This document shows positions 1-43,600 of a stretch of DNA of 64,000 nucleotides, piece after piece (position 1 is the stretch's first letter; each line of letters opens with the position of its first letter). Origin of the DNA: Bugula neritina (lineage: Eukaryota; Animalia; Bryozoa); assembly GCA_964035545.1 (NCBI GenBank), contig OZ037773.1:7407751-7471750 (forward strand), in the 5' to 3' direction. Made by a program: the position numbers and the translations under genes. Below the pieces are notes generated by a model. That model was not told the DNA's origin. It did no database searches and saw only the letters and a list, made by a program, of their open reading frames with translations.

Positions 1-537
1 GCTATGTATGAAATAAAAAATGAATAAATAATAAATAAACAATATGTACAGAGATTGTAAAATATTAATGCGATAATTGTCTTTCATGACTAGTAGTAGG
101 ACAACTTCCACATGATACACTTTCTTCTTATAACTTGAGGGTAGTATTTTATATAAATTATGAGCTATATACAAGGTCTTTGTCATTATATACAAAATAA
201 TATCTAGAACTAAATTCTATAAAAAATAACTGAGAGAGAGAATCTACAAATGTGTTGTAACCACCATTAACCCTGAAATGTCTTTAAATGTCTGGTTGTA
301 ATTGTACGGTGAATAATAGCTAGAAACCTGGCAATGTTATTGAAATGTAAAAGCAGTGGTTCATATATAGCATAGAGCTCAATGACTATAGCACCTTTAC
401 AAAGGTCAAGGTTGACGTATATGCTGGCTGTGCTCATGATTTGTATCAGCAACCAGCAGTTTTCCATGTATTTAGTGCAAAGGAGCTTTACTCTTGCAAC
501 ATCTGCTATTGGTATGACGTCTGTCTGTCTGTTCGTT

Positions 538-30611
<30,074 letters not shown>

Positions 30612-32037
30612 TCTACATGCTGTATCTTGTCAGAATGTCAGCTTGTCAAGATGTCGACCTGTCAAGATCAGCTGAATATTGTTGGGAAACTCTAGCTAAT
30701 TCAGGTACAGAAAGAAGACGAATCTACAACCACAATATATACCCATTAATTTTGGCTCTAATTAAAATCTTCACTGTGTTGTGTAAATCTAATTAAATTA
30801 AGTGAAGACAATCAATTAAAAAGGATTAAGATAATTGTGTATTTGCAGTGCATTGTAGTGCATACTTTGTCCAGCATGTAATTGAACTTGTTATTAAGAA
30901 ATCACAAGTTATATAGGCTTAAGAAAGATCATAAAATCAAAAGTACTAACTGATAATTTACAACAAGTCCATTCATAGTTTGTGCTTCGATACCAATTAT
31001 TACAAGTCATTATTTGATGGAAAAGCCATATATGAACTAAAATACCCATTGCTAGGTTTGTCAATGTACCTCATCTCAGTATATATAATAATTTAGTGAT
31101 CACTATCACACCTTCCAGCTTAATCCACTGCATGCTATGTTGAGTCATTATCAAAACATGGCTACCAGTTTGATCTGTGATAAAGTCATACTTACTTTAT
31201 TTAAATCAGATTATACTATTGAAAAGCTGGAACTGGTGTTCAGATTTTAGGCATCAGAGGGGGGGGGGGGTGGCAATAGTTGACATTTTCCATGTGTTCT
31301 CAGGTGTTAATAGTAAATATCAATTAAAATCCCTATATAAGGCACTACTCTTCTTAGTGTAGCTTAGACACAAACCTATAGCCTTAAAACCTGACATTCT
31401 AAACCACCCCCTCCTGGTTATGACATTAAAAGAGAATCTCAATTTGAAATTCTCACAAGCTCCCACTGTCAGGCCCAGCATACATTAAACTATACTTGAC
31501 TACTTAATGGGATCTTTAAATGTCACTATAGGGCTAATTGAGATCAAACAATAGCCAATAATTGTGGTTCATGGATTGTCTAACAGCTAACAGAAAGTCA
31601 CTAAATACTTAGACATATACTTGGCAACTTTCAATCAGTAAACTTTTAACCTGCATCCATATAATTTAAAAATTAATTATGGGGGATTTTTTAGAAACAT
31701 AATTTGCTATTTTTAAAAAAACGAAATAATTCCCTTTTCTTTTTAGGCACAAAACCGTGCTTTTACTTACAAGTTTTTTAGGTTTGCCAAGCTAAAAAGA
31801 GTTTACCGATACTTGCCTAGTTGATGTAAGTAAGTCGACGTGGAAGTTTCCCATGAAATTATTCAAAAGGAAAACAAATCCATTATAGTTTGTGCGCTTT
31901 TGCTTTTAATTAAATACCTGCTTTTTCTAGCTAATATACATGTAAATAGTTTTTCTTCTAAGGATATACAACTTGCAGACCTAACATACAAACAATAATG
32001 TGATGCATAAAATTGACCAAACTGTTCCTGCCATTAC

Positions 32038-32135
32038 TATGGAGTGCCAAATGGTCAAAAATTCGCTTATTATAATTGTATCTCATATGCTTATAATAAA
32101 GTATCTAGCCATTTTTGACGATTTGGCACTTTATA
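32038..32135. mobile_element. Small MITE / inverted repeat element
   Basis: agtgccaaatggtcaaaaat (32043-32062) pairs with atttttgacgatttggcact (32111-32130) with 1 mismatch; TA-like outer ends. Confidence 0.6.
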
Positions 32136-34505
32136 CCATTACTGGTTGATGTAGAATTCCTACATAATTTTTAATAACAACAGAATATACAAGTGGAAAA
32201 TATTTCCTTATTGTACTGATTTTTACACTCTACTAGATATTTTTAGAATAAAACATTGTACAGACCTGTATTAAATCAATCCAAACACTAATTCAGAAAT
32301 TAAAAATCAAAACTAAGTAAAATTCTCTTTTGTACATCTATTGAAGGAGTCTTTCTATTACCTTCTTTTATGATCAGCATTAATCAGGTGTATAACATAC
32401 TTTATATTACACAAAATATTATGACATGTTATGTATGTTAATCGTATTACATATTACAAAGTATACAGTAGTACCCTTATTTTACATTTTATATTACGCA
32501 TATACATATATTGTGTATCTATATTATGCTGCTTTCAAAGCATTCTTTGGCTATTTTACAACATAAATACAAATTCAATTAGAAGAAATTGAAGCTATTG
32601 TTTATGAAAAACTAAAACAAAAAATATTTAGCCTTCTAGAATTTTCTAAGGTACTAAAGTATGAACACACCGCAGAATTTAAATTACGCAAAAATATGTT
32701 CTACTTACAATTATAATAGTTGCAGCTTACCATAAATTTCTCAAGTATCCTCTATGCATAAGACTTCAAGCTCACAGTTGATCTGCTGAATCTAGCTTTG
32801 ATGTGAGAGAGTTTGCTTGAAGGAACAATAGCCAATTACACTCGACATCATATGTTCACAGATCACTTGTCTTTGTCAACGCTTAGCTTATTGTTAACTG
32901 AGTAAAACTGTCAGATTTGAAATAGATACCGCCTTAGTAGCAACTCTCACATTTCACTCGAAATCATTGTTCAATATTAGTGGATACAGCTGGCAAATTT
33001 ATTGATCAACTTATAATGTTAATAACAATTAATAGTTATAATGATAATCTGGCCTGAGGGTTTGGCTGTGTAGTGTGGGTTGTCAGGCACTGGGTGTATA
33101 ATCTAATCTATTCATGTCAGAAGATCTCATGTTCCACTAATTAGTGGCAAAGAATGAAACAGGATGTGAGATCAGTGACAGCTAACTGCTAGAGTTAGGA
33201 AATAGAGCTGCCATAATCAAAGCTTCTAATACATGAAAATATGCAATATTAGCTGGACTATCCGGCAATTGATATAGTTGATGTTTCTAGATAACATATA
33301 AGTTAGACATTATCTTTTCAAATGCTACGGAGCTTTCTATGAAATTTGATCTATGATCTTGTTTTTTGAAAAATTAGCAACTGAGAGTCAATATCACAAA
33401 GAAGGAAACACTGCTCTCTTTCACTGCAAGTTAACAGTCGATGTTTCAAAATTGCCTGAATAGAGTGGATTTGAGCTTGGACTGCATGGCAGTTGCTTTT
33501 TTCCTCTAAACTCTAAGGCAAAAAACTTTTTGTCATGATACTGATGCATGTGCTTTCATGTTATGAAGTTCTAAATTTATATGATTATAATTATATTAAT
33601 TATAGTAACAAAGAAAACAAATTTTGTTCAATCTAATGATATTTAACACATTATTTACCATCAATATATTGTATTAAAACTTTTATAAAGTCTTACAAAA
33701 TCTTGTAATATATTGTAATTTATTTGTCCTTATTAGAAGGCAATTAAAATACATTACTTTAGGAGGGGGCCTTGTAATATGCTCATCAACATTTCATTTA
33801 ATGCATTATGTGTGCAAATTTCATATCTATTGATTGCACACTCAAGTTTTGCACATATAAGCAGCGAAAATTCCACCTCTAAAACACAATCAGGAGTTAC
33901 ATGTTATGTAAAAGTTGACGACATACTGCAGAAAATACAACAGGGCCCCTTATATTAGCCCCTAATGATACACTCCTTATACTACCATTTTTATTAATAC
34001 AAGGCCAGCTTTCAGTGAAAATCTGTATTCTATTGCATGATTTATTAATTTGCCAATTTTTACGGTTTTTATTTGTAATTTTTTATCTAAAAATTCTGAT
34101 GAGTGTCTAATGTTGCAAAAATATTATTATGAGTTATGTACTTCTGGCGGCTAATACTATAATGTATATAAGGCGGTGTATACAACTCCACTTTTTCTTT
34201 TACTACGACGCACTGAGCTGGAATATTGTTGAGTTCGATGCTATGACGCGTATAATCTTTTTATTTAAAGGTTAAAAACCAGCAAAGTTCAAGGCCGTTT
34301 CTAAAGCTCTACTGATCAAAACTTCGCACTAATAGTAATTGCAATTCACTTATCTTTTAATTTCATAATTTATCAGTGTGATCTATTATCACTTTAACCC
34401 TTTGTTGTTTATTGATTATTATGCATTAATGGTAAACTTAATATTTAACTAAAACTAAAAGTAAATGACTATAATTATGTCTATCACTATGATCTATTAC
34501 AATGT

Positions 34506-34788
34506 TGTTTGGTACTTGTCATTATATAAACATTTATTTCAATTTAGTATTTCACTATTTGCAGTTGTTATTTGATTAATAATAATTTACTATTTTTCTG
34601 CTTAATAACAATAATCAACTGTTTCACTTATATTATCATAATTTTAGTATTAAATTGTATTATATATATTGTGGAAATAAAACACGACTTCGGCCCCTTC
34701 CATTAATAAACTAACTTGAACATGTTCACTCTCTTAATAGTTAATAGGCATAGCATTAGCTGAAAAATAACATGACCTACACAAAACA
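34506..34788 (+). mobile_element. Diverged solo LTR related to the Gypsy LTR at 52538
   Basis: TG...AAAACA ends. Shares blocks aaacatttatttc, tatatattgtgg-aataaa-cacg-cttcggcc, aactaact and tagctgaaa with the intact LTR. No perfect TSD (aatgt vs taggt). Confidence 0.75.
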
Positions 34789-35173
34789 TAGGTATTTCTG
34801 TACTAGCAGTATCATATTAATAATGATGAGAAATAGAAAATTATAATTATTATGATTATCATAATGATATTGATATCAATAATATCATAGTCATAGTGAT
34901 ATTGAATTTGAGAATCATAATCATTATCACAATGACAATGATCATCAGACTTTTGGTTAAATTGCCCATATTCATTCTATTTTATTTGATTTTAATCACA
35001 AAATGAAATTGGGAACTTAGAGTTAGTATGCGAGATTCTAGTTCGCTTCTAGTTCTAGTAGTTTTATTTTCTATAAGAATTGTAGCCCAAATTTTTGTTT
35101 CATGTTTGATTCATGAATTGCAATAAAGGATATAGGCAATGTGTCTCTACGTTCTGTTACTAGTTTTAGAAAT

Positions 35174-36727
35174 ATGGAATCGTTGGCTGTTGATGGCTTT
35201 TCACGTGGCAGTCTGGAAAAAGTAGAACATTTGCTCCGGGAAGCTAAAAAGTACAAGGAAGAAGGGAATGCTCGGTACTTGAGCAAAGAATATAGGAAGG
35301 CTATTCGGTGTTATCACCAGTCACTACTTTACATTAAATCAATCACTCAAGGTAAATAGAGTGGAATTAACTAAGGGTGATTACATGTGCATTGATTGTA
35401 AACATGTATAATATACATTGGTAGAATCTGGAAAGTCTAGTGTATAAAATTTAGCACATTTGAGAAGTTTTTAATTTTTTTCAAAGTGCAAAAAAATTAA
35501 AATATTTCAGCAGTTTAGCGTCATACAGAATAAGGCAGCCATTGCAAAAAGTGTTTTTACTTATAAGACAATATAATATAAGGTAATGTATTTAGCTTTG
35601 ATATATTATTTTATTGTTTTTATGTTACTTACCACCAATTTTGTAAAATATATGATGAAAGCTGTCTTTGAAAATCAAAGCATGTTGTTTTTATTGCCTG
35701 AGTTCTAATATCTGAGCTGCTAACTACTAGTGGCGTGTCAGCCTGCACCCTGAATGCTATTGTATGCTAACTGTAGGGCAAGACACAGTTGGAACACTAC
35801 TTGGTGTCAACCAGAAAGAGTCACTACCTGCAGACGTTCAGCAGACGATATCAAAACTCTCAAGGGATTGTCACAACAACCTGGCAGGTAAACTACCCTT
35901 TCTGTTTTGTTATTGGCAGGTACATTGTCTTTTCTTTTGTAATATACTATCTATGCTTAGCTGTGATATGCTGTATTGTTTATTTAGTTTAGTTGACAAT
36001 CACTGGTTGAGCTTATATGATTCCTCAAGTATTGTCTCTTTCAGACTGCAGGATTTCAACAGTAAACTTCGCTAATACATAGCTAGTCGTAATGAGGTTC
36101 AGCTGATCTCTCCACTTTGTCCTGTGCCAGTCTCTAGGTGCCCACTTGTGTTTATATTTCTGTCAAGTGTATAAGTCTAGTACTAAATTTTCATACTGAT
36201 ATGTTGACAGCCTGCATCATGAACAAAGATGACCCGGACTATACCAAGGTTATCTCATACTGTGATCTGGTTATTGATGATCAGCCAACCAATGCCAAGG
36301 CTCATTTTAGGAAAGGCGTGTCACTCTACAACCTTAAAGATTACGACACGGCCTTGACCAGCTTTCTCAAGGCCAAGGATAGTGCTGGAGCCTCAGGTTC
36401 GTTCTGTTTGTAGGACTTGGGAACTGTAAGCGAAAAATCAATAAAATAATTCACTTCCTTCGACTTGGTAGTTTCTATTTACAACTGTTATGTTGGATGA
36501 AAAAATGAGCAATAGAAATAATGTTGTTTTAGTGTTGCTACTAGTTGTATATATGTATATTATACATTTATGCCCACGTCATGTGTTGTCTGTAACACTT
36601 TTGTACTTGTATTCTTTTAGATTCTCAAATAAACAAATATATCAACATGTGTCATCAAGCAAACAAAGTAGAGAATCAGAAGATGAAGGCCACGTATCAG
36701 AATATGTTTAAGCAGATGGCTGTGTGA
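35174..36727 (+). CDS. TTC9C: TPR protein, TTC9C-like. Exons 35174-35351, 35777-35887, 36211-36396, 36621-36727
   Basis: AKKYKEEGNARY...AIRCYHQSLL, CHNNLAACI, NAKAHFRKGVSLYNL and C-terminal YQNMF match the TTC9 family; phases are consistent. Confidence 0.85.
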
Positions 36728-37687
36728 GTTTGTTAGCTCAGGTTCCTCCAGTCAGTATCATCAATAGCCATGGACCCAAGTCTGTGCTGCGCAATATAAT
36801 ATAATTACTCATGTTGATATACTATGGCGAAGGAGCGCCCGTATGGGCTAGGGTGCTACTATCAACAGTGCTTAAATGTTCTCTCACAGGGTTGGCATTC
36901 ACAGCTATGTGTTGATATTGAACTAGAAACACCAATATGGAGTTTGACTCATGTGTATTATACACACCTTCTGTATGCAGTGAATTGCTTTCGAGTGAAA
37001 TTACTCATTGCTAAACAATTACCTCATAAAGCATCTCAGCATTGCCTCAGTGACTTTATTTTTATAGCCTGTGTTCTGAGCCATGTACGACTTATTAGAT
37101 CTCTGGTTATTGTTGACATATCCTTGCTTTTAACTGGCATCTCAGCTTACTTATTCCACATGATGGTGGAATTATTTTTTTAAAATTTATTTTATGTTTA
37201 ATGAAATATATTTGTGTTTTAGCTTTATGAACTAATTTATTTAGTAATTTAATGAAATATGTAGAAAATTTGAACTACAAGAAACAGTGGGTACTGTACA
37301 GTGTGTCATATATGGCACTTATAAACAATACTATATACAAACTGTAGATAGAGGCATGCACTCAACAACTACCAATCCTCTCCAGGAAACACAATACGAG
37401 AATAAATCTGTGACACTATCCAAAAGTTAAAGATAAATCATTTAATAAAACATTAAAATATTACAGTTTTGCAAGCTAGAATCAGTTAGTGAGTAGATAG
37501 AATAGCTAGTGAGTAGATGGTAGAGTTAGTAGATAGTACAGTTGGTTATTGCTGTGTAATCAAGAAAAACTAAGCCAGTTATATCTATAGAATATTTGAC
37601 ATTACTGTGTAGTTTTACAAAGTACCATAACAATACAGAAACTCATATTATAATTAAACTATTAAACTGACAGTTGATAAATGAGCA

Positions 37688-40600
37688 CTAATAATGATGA
37701 TGAGCTTGTTCACGACCTCTTTGTCTTATCCTCTTCCGTTTCCTTTCAATACTGACCAGGTTAGATTTGACATCAGTGTATAGATTTCTGATTTCTGAAA
37801 GCTTATTGCTGAGATATGCAATTCTCTCATCCTGATCCACAATCTGACCTAGTTCCTCTACAAAATGTACATAAGTAGAACATTGGTGGAAATCACTCGA
37901 CTCCATAGAAATAGATTTTGATAATTAAAATTGGACATGGTCTTCTCCTATAGTCCAGGGCCCAAGTTACTTTCAGAATCACTACAACCACATTTCCTGT
38001 CTTGGATGTTTGGTAAAAGAACAGGAAATAGCAGAAGCATTCGATGTCATAAAGGTATTCGGTCACTGATCAGACTGTCCTCTCATTGGACAGCTTGAGA
38101 TGTACGTTGACATCAGAACACTATGATATATTCTATATTAGGTATAGAAGGGCAAACATCATGTAAATATGTTATGTAAAGTGAGATGAAATTGTCTCCT
38201 CATGTCGTACAAATAGAATTTATACCACAAAATATTACGTGGAATAGAACCATGAAACTAAGCTGTCCAATACAAAAGACTTTTAAAATACTGATAATAG
38301 AAGCTTGTTATAAGCTCTGTTCAAGTTAAAATAATAAACAGCTTTACAACAGCCTCCTGCAGCTGTAAAGTCAGTAACCAATGAAATTGCCAGTCCTGAA
38401 TGCATTTATCACCTATTTACCAAGTTAAAGTTGTGAAATAGAAGCTACCTTCAATTTTGAAATTATATTTTGACTTCCTGGGAGGTGGTGGCGGCGCAGC
38501 AGTACGGAGCAGTTTGGCTGGGGAGACGCAGTCTTCAGACTGTTGAGTGATGTGAGAGAGTCCGTGGTTGGTGGAGACGGATGTTTGGTCGTAGGCTACA
38601 AGTAGATCACCACAATCACAGAATCAGAGTGATCACACTCAGGCCAGTATAGAAGGCCAACAGTGTTTGGAGAAGGGTTATTGATAAATGTCTATTAACT
38701 CTTTGCAAACTATTCCGTTTAGCTGTCAAGTTCAACCTCTAAAATGGTAACAACTCCCAACAGGAGTTGTGAGTAACAGAGTTTTAGGAGAACAGTTTTA
38801 GCTTTAATATATTTAAAATACAACTAAGTTATCTATTGATGAATACATAACTCCAGGATTATGCTGTTACTCGAGAGTTTGCTTAAGTATTACTTGAGCG
38901 TTTGCTCGAGTAATGCTTGAGAGTTAACTCAAGTATTAGTCGAGAGTTTGTTTAAGTATTACTCTAGAATTCGCTCAAGAATTACTCAAAAGCTAACTAA
39001 TGTACTAGATATCTCCATCACATGACTACCTGCATGCTTTGGTTTAGGAGATCTTTTAGCTTGCTGCCTCCGAGTAGCAGCACCACGTGGTTTTCTTTGT
39101 GTTCCGGTAGGTTCTATGTGACTAGCTTGTTCGGAGAGGAGAGACAGATTGCTTGTAACAGAGTTGGACATCTTGTACAAATCAACCTACAGGTGGAAAT
39201 ACAAATTAACCTATAAGTAAATAAATGCTTTAATTGCATCAAATGCAGATGGAAACTAAAAATATGTTGCTAGATACACTATTTGTACCAACTATAATAT
39301 TTCTACAACTTTTTCCGGAACTATAAAGAAATCAAGAGTATTGTGTAGTGTCTTACAAATGTTTAGCACAGTTGTTTATCACAGAACAAGAAATACCATT
39401 GTTGTAAAAGATGAAATATTCAGAGAATGTATCTTAAGCAATATCAATATTACTTCTTGTACTAATATTTACATAAATATAGGCAATAATTATACTAATC
39501 TAGACTGTAGCCCTACAAAATGATCAATCACTGTGTGACTCCACAATTTTACAACAACTAAACCAGCTGAATGGTAGCAAATAGCCACTGGTCTTACATT
39601 TGGAGGACCACTAGCCTCAGGTTCACACTTTATAGCTGCCTCTGAAACGAGGGGGGCAGCGGGAACGCCCTCGTTGTCGGAGCTGTTGTAGCTAAGCTCA
39701 GAGTCATCTACACCAGACGATGCTCGACTCGTCTTGCTACTCTCCGTCTCGGTCACGCTTCCCTTCCCAGCTCCACCAATCAGAGGAGGCAGACGCATAG
39801 CCTCAGTTTCCTCAGTCTCTGCATCATCACTCTTAGCTTCAGGTTCTGGGTCTACAGAGGTGAAGGCTTTTTTGTGCTTTAACGGTTCGATCTTGACATA
39901 AGGTTCATCATCACCACCAACAGGGACAGTAGAATCTTCCATATCCACCTGAGAGAGATAATGAGTGACAGTATGACATCATACACAATGAGTGACAGTA
40001 TGACATCACACACAATGAGTTACTGTATGACATCACACACAATGAGTTAATGTATGACATCACACACAATGAGTTACTGTATGACATCACACACAATGAG
40101 TTACTGTATGACATCACACACAATGAGTTACTGTATGACATCACACACAATGAGTTACTGTATGACATCACACACAATGAGTTACTGTATGACATCACAC
40201 ACAATGAGTTACTGTATGACATCACACACAATGAGTGACAGTATGACATCACACACAATGAGTTACTGTATGACATCACACACAGTGAGTTACTGTATGA
40301 CATCACACACAATGAGTTACTGTATGACATCACACATAATGAGTTACTGTATGACATCACACACAATGAGTTACTGTATGACATCACACACAATGAGTTA
40401 CTGTATGACATCACACATAATGAGTTACTGTATGACATCACACACAATGAGTTACTGTATGACATCACACACAATGAGTTACTGTATGACATCACACATA
40501 ATGAGTTACTGTATGACATCACACATAATGAGTTACTGTATGACATCACACACAATGAGTTACTGTATGACATCACACATAATGAGTTACTGTATGACAT

Positions 40601-43600
40601 CACACACTATGAGTTACTGTATGACATCACACATAATGAGTTACTGTATGACATCACACACAATGAGTTACTGTATGACATCACACACAATGAGTTTGTT
40701 GTATGACATAAAAAGAACTGTCTGCCAACTACCTTGCTACGCTTAGCCGGTGGTGCAGCTAACTCCGAATCAACTGTTTCTTCAGATATCACATCTGCTT
40801 CCTGGGAGTTACTTTCTCCTTCAGCTACTTTATCTATGACATCACACATCCTGCCCCGGATCTCGGTGTTCATTGGGGAGCTGCTCCTTGAAGATGTCTA
40901 CAGTATAAGATAATATCAAGTGATAAAAAATACAATAATAATATGATATCAGGTGGTAATAATGTGAGCAAGTGAAGAAATAACAGCTAGATCCATAGCT
41001 ACTCAATGGAGTAGTCTGTAGAGAACATGGTAACTGGTTCATATTCCTCAGGAACTAGATGTATGAATGTTTCTAATTTGAATCTAATCAATAAAAAAAA
41101 TCTCAATCACGGAGCCTGGTCTTCATGAAATGCCTTATTTCTAGGACACACCTCATCAAATAGTAACAGGAAACTCACCGCCTGCGCCTCAGTTTTCTTA
41201 ACAACTTTCTTACTCCCAGTATTGCTTATAGAGTCAGCACTTTGGCTTTGGGATTCATCAGTGATTACTGGCAGAATCTTATTGGTTGCTTTACGCTGGG
41301 TGCGCCTCGTTGTCTTTTCGGCTACAACGGCTACAATAGTGTACATAATGTCAATGACCGTGTATAAATATATCACAATTCTCGCGTGTTACTATATATA
41401 GAGCCTAGATTTAGTTGGAGAAACTTAAGTTTAACACGTAGCAGCAAATGACATTTATGACTTATAACCAAATGTAATAATGCGTGAATGTTACCTTGTT
41501 TACCAAATGTAATAGTGTGTGTATGTTACCTTGTTCACCAGATGTAATAGTGTGTGTATGTTACCTTGCTCACTAGACGGAACGGTTTCCTTGACTTTTT
41601 CATCCACTACTTCAACTGCAGTCTCCGAGACTTCGACCTTCACCTCTGCTACGGAATCTGCCTCTTTTTCACTTTTATCTACGTCAGTGTCCCCACACGC
41701 TGACTCTGCCTCCGTGGAATCACCATTATCTACAGAACGGCAGCGAAGAGCGGCATGAAATGTCTGCATATATGTGGATAGAAACATGTATATGAGAGAA
41801 ATAAATTCACGGAGCCTGAGATAAATTCAAGCACCTGCGTCTGCTGTCGTATCAGTTTTAGAATCATCATTCTGCAGGACTCTCCTTTGGCGAACTTTTC
41901 TACTCGCTGAAAAAGCAAATTTTTCCTGTCAAAGGTTTGTAAAAATGAAACACTACAACCACACAGCTGTATAATACAGATAGGAATATGTGCAAACTAG
42001 AGAGATTTCAGTGTACTACCAGGAGATATGTTGGTGGTAAAAAGCGAGTGTAATGCGAAGCCAGGAGGTTGTGTCTAAAGGAGTATTAAGTTGGAGTGGG
42101 ATAGTTACAGGTTGAAACTAAAATATACCATCTATTTAATGACTTCATCTACACAACAAGGTTTGCAAAGAAGATGGAAGGAAATAAATACTGTAATTAA
42201 AAATATCTTTGAATCCACAGATGCAATTTTGGTAAGACAATCATTTTTTTATAGAGAAACAGAGAAAGCAATTGGCGTGACTCACATGTCAGACCAGAGG
42301 AGAGTGTCGAGTCGGTACTTCTGGATCTGGTGGGCCGAGACAGAGTGACGTCAGTCGCAGAAGACCTGGTAGTCCGGTTACTGGGTTGAATAACAGATGG
42401 CAGAGCATTGGATGAGCTGCTAGTCTTGTTTGACTTACTGCATACAAGTTTAAAGTATCATTATATGCAACCAAAGGTTGAACCATCTAAGCTTTTATTT
42501 TTATTGAAAGTAACTATTTTGGGAAAAAAATACTCTCTTCAAGTTGACTGATATTATGATTTAGTGATGCAAGCATAAATATTTTGCTTTGTAATATCTC
42601 CATAAAATAGATAATACTGAGAGATTTAGTAATACTTTTATAACTACTGGTTAATTTATTAAAGAATCATTCTCAATGTGACTGTCACTATTTAGTAAAA
42701 CATTCTGTAGTGAGTGTAACTATGAGTATTCAGTGTGACTTTGAGTAGTCACCATGACTATGTGTAATTACCAGAGTGTTGACTTCTGCCCTGCAGCAGA
42801 TAACTTCCCGGCAGGAGTTGGTTCTGGTGTCCTTGACCCTGTGGATGATGACGAGTGAGCCAGAGGATTCTGGGACTTGGACTTCTTCCGGGAATTAAAA
42901 CTCTAAAATTGATTTAAAGGGAAGTGTGAGTTCAACATCTACATCATCGCCATAAGCTAACGTCTGTGCTAATTGCTAAACAGATAAATATTCTGTAAAG
43001 GTGAAACTTATTCAACCAGACACACACTATAAGAGTAAGCTCTACTCACTTCCTTGGACAGATCCATGCGTTTTTTCTCACATTTACCAACTGTACCCAC
43101 AATTCTCTCACTGCTGATGACCTCATCATATCTATATATAGTAACACCACAATATAACATCTCCTGGCTTGAACTTGGCAAAAGTGAATAAATTCCTACA
43201 ACTACCTATAGAGCGTTTTATTTTAGTGCTACTATATTGAAATACATTTCTGTTCAAAGTTGAACTATGAAGAGAGCAGTGGTGGTCTAGGGATTATATC
43301 GCTGGCCTAGTAAACACTAGTCAGTAGTTCGATCTCCAGTAAAGGCCATTAGTAATGTTAGGAAAATAATTCAGTCATAACTGCCCCTTTGCCACAATAA
43401 AAACAAATCCTCAGCCAGCTTAAATAACCTTTTCCACCAGGAGTTCTCAAAGGATAGCAACTGTAAAATCATGCGAGTTTGATTATAAATTATCAAAATT
43501 CCAGTATAACAATGAATGTTCGCATGAATGCTATCTACAAGAGGATGTGTATCCCTCAGAAGGATATATATCCCCAAGAAGACGTATAGGAGGATACATA

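Noticed and set aside
39911-40746. 230-aa ORFs on both strands, or a coding retained intron
   Set aside because: Translations of the 27-bp array. Retention hits a TAG at 40607-40609, and the intron length (784) is not a multiple of 3.
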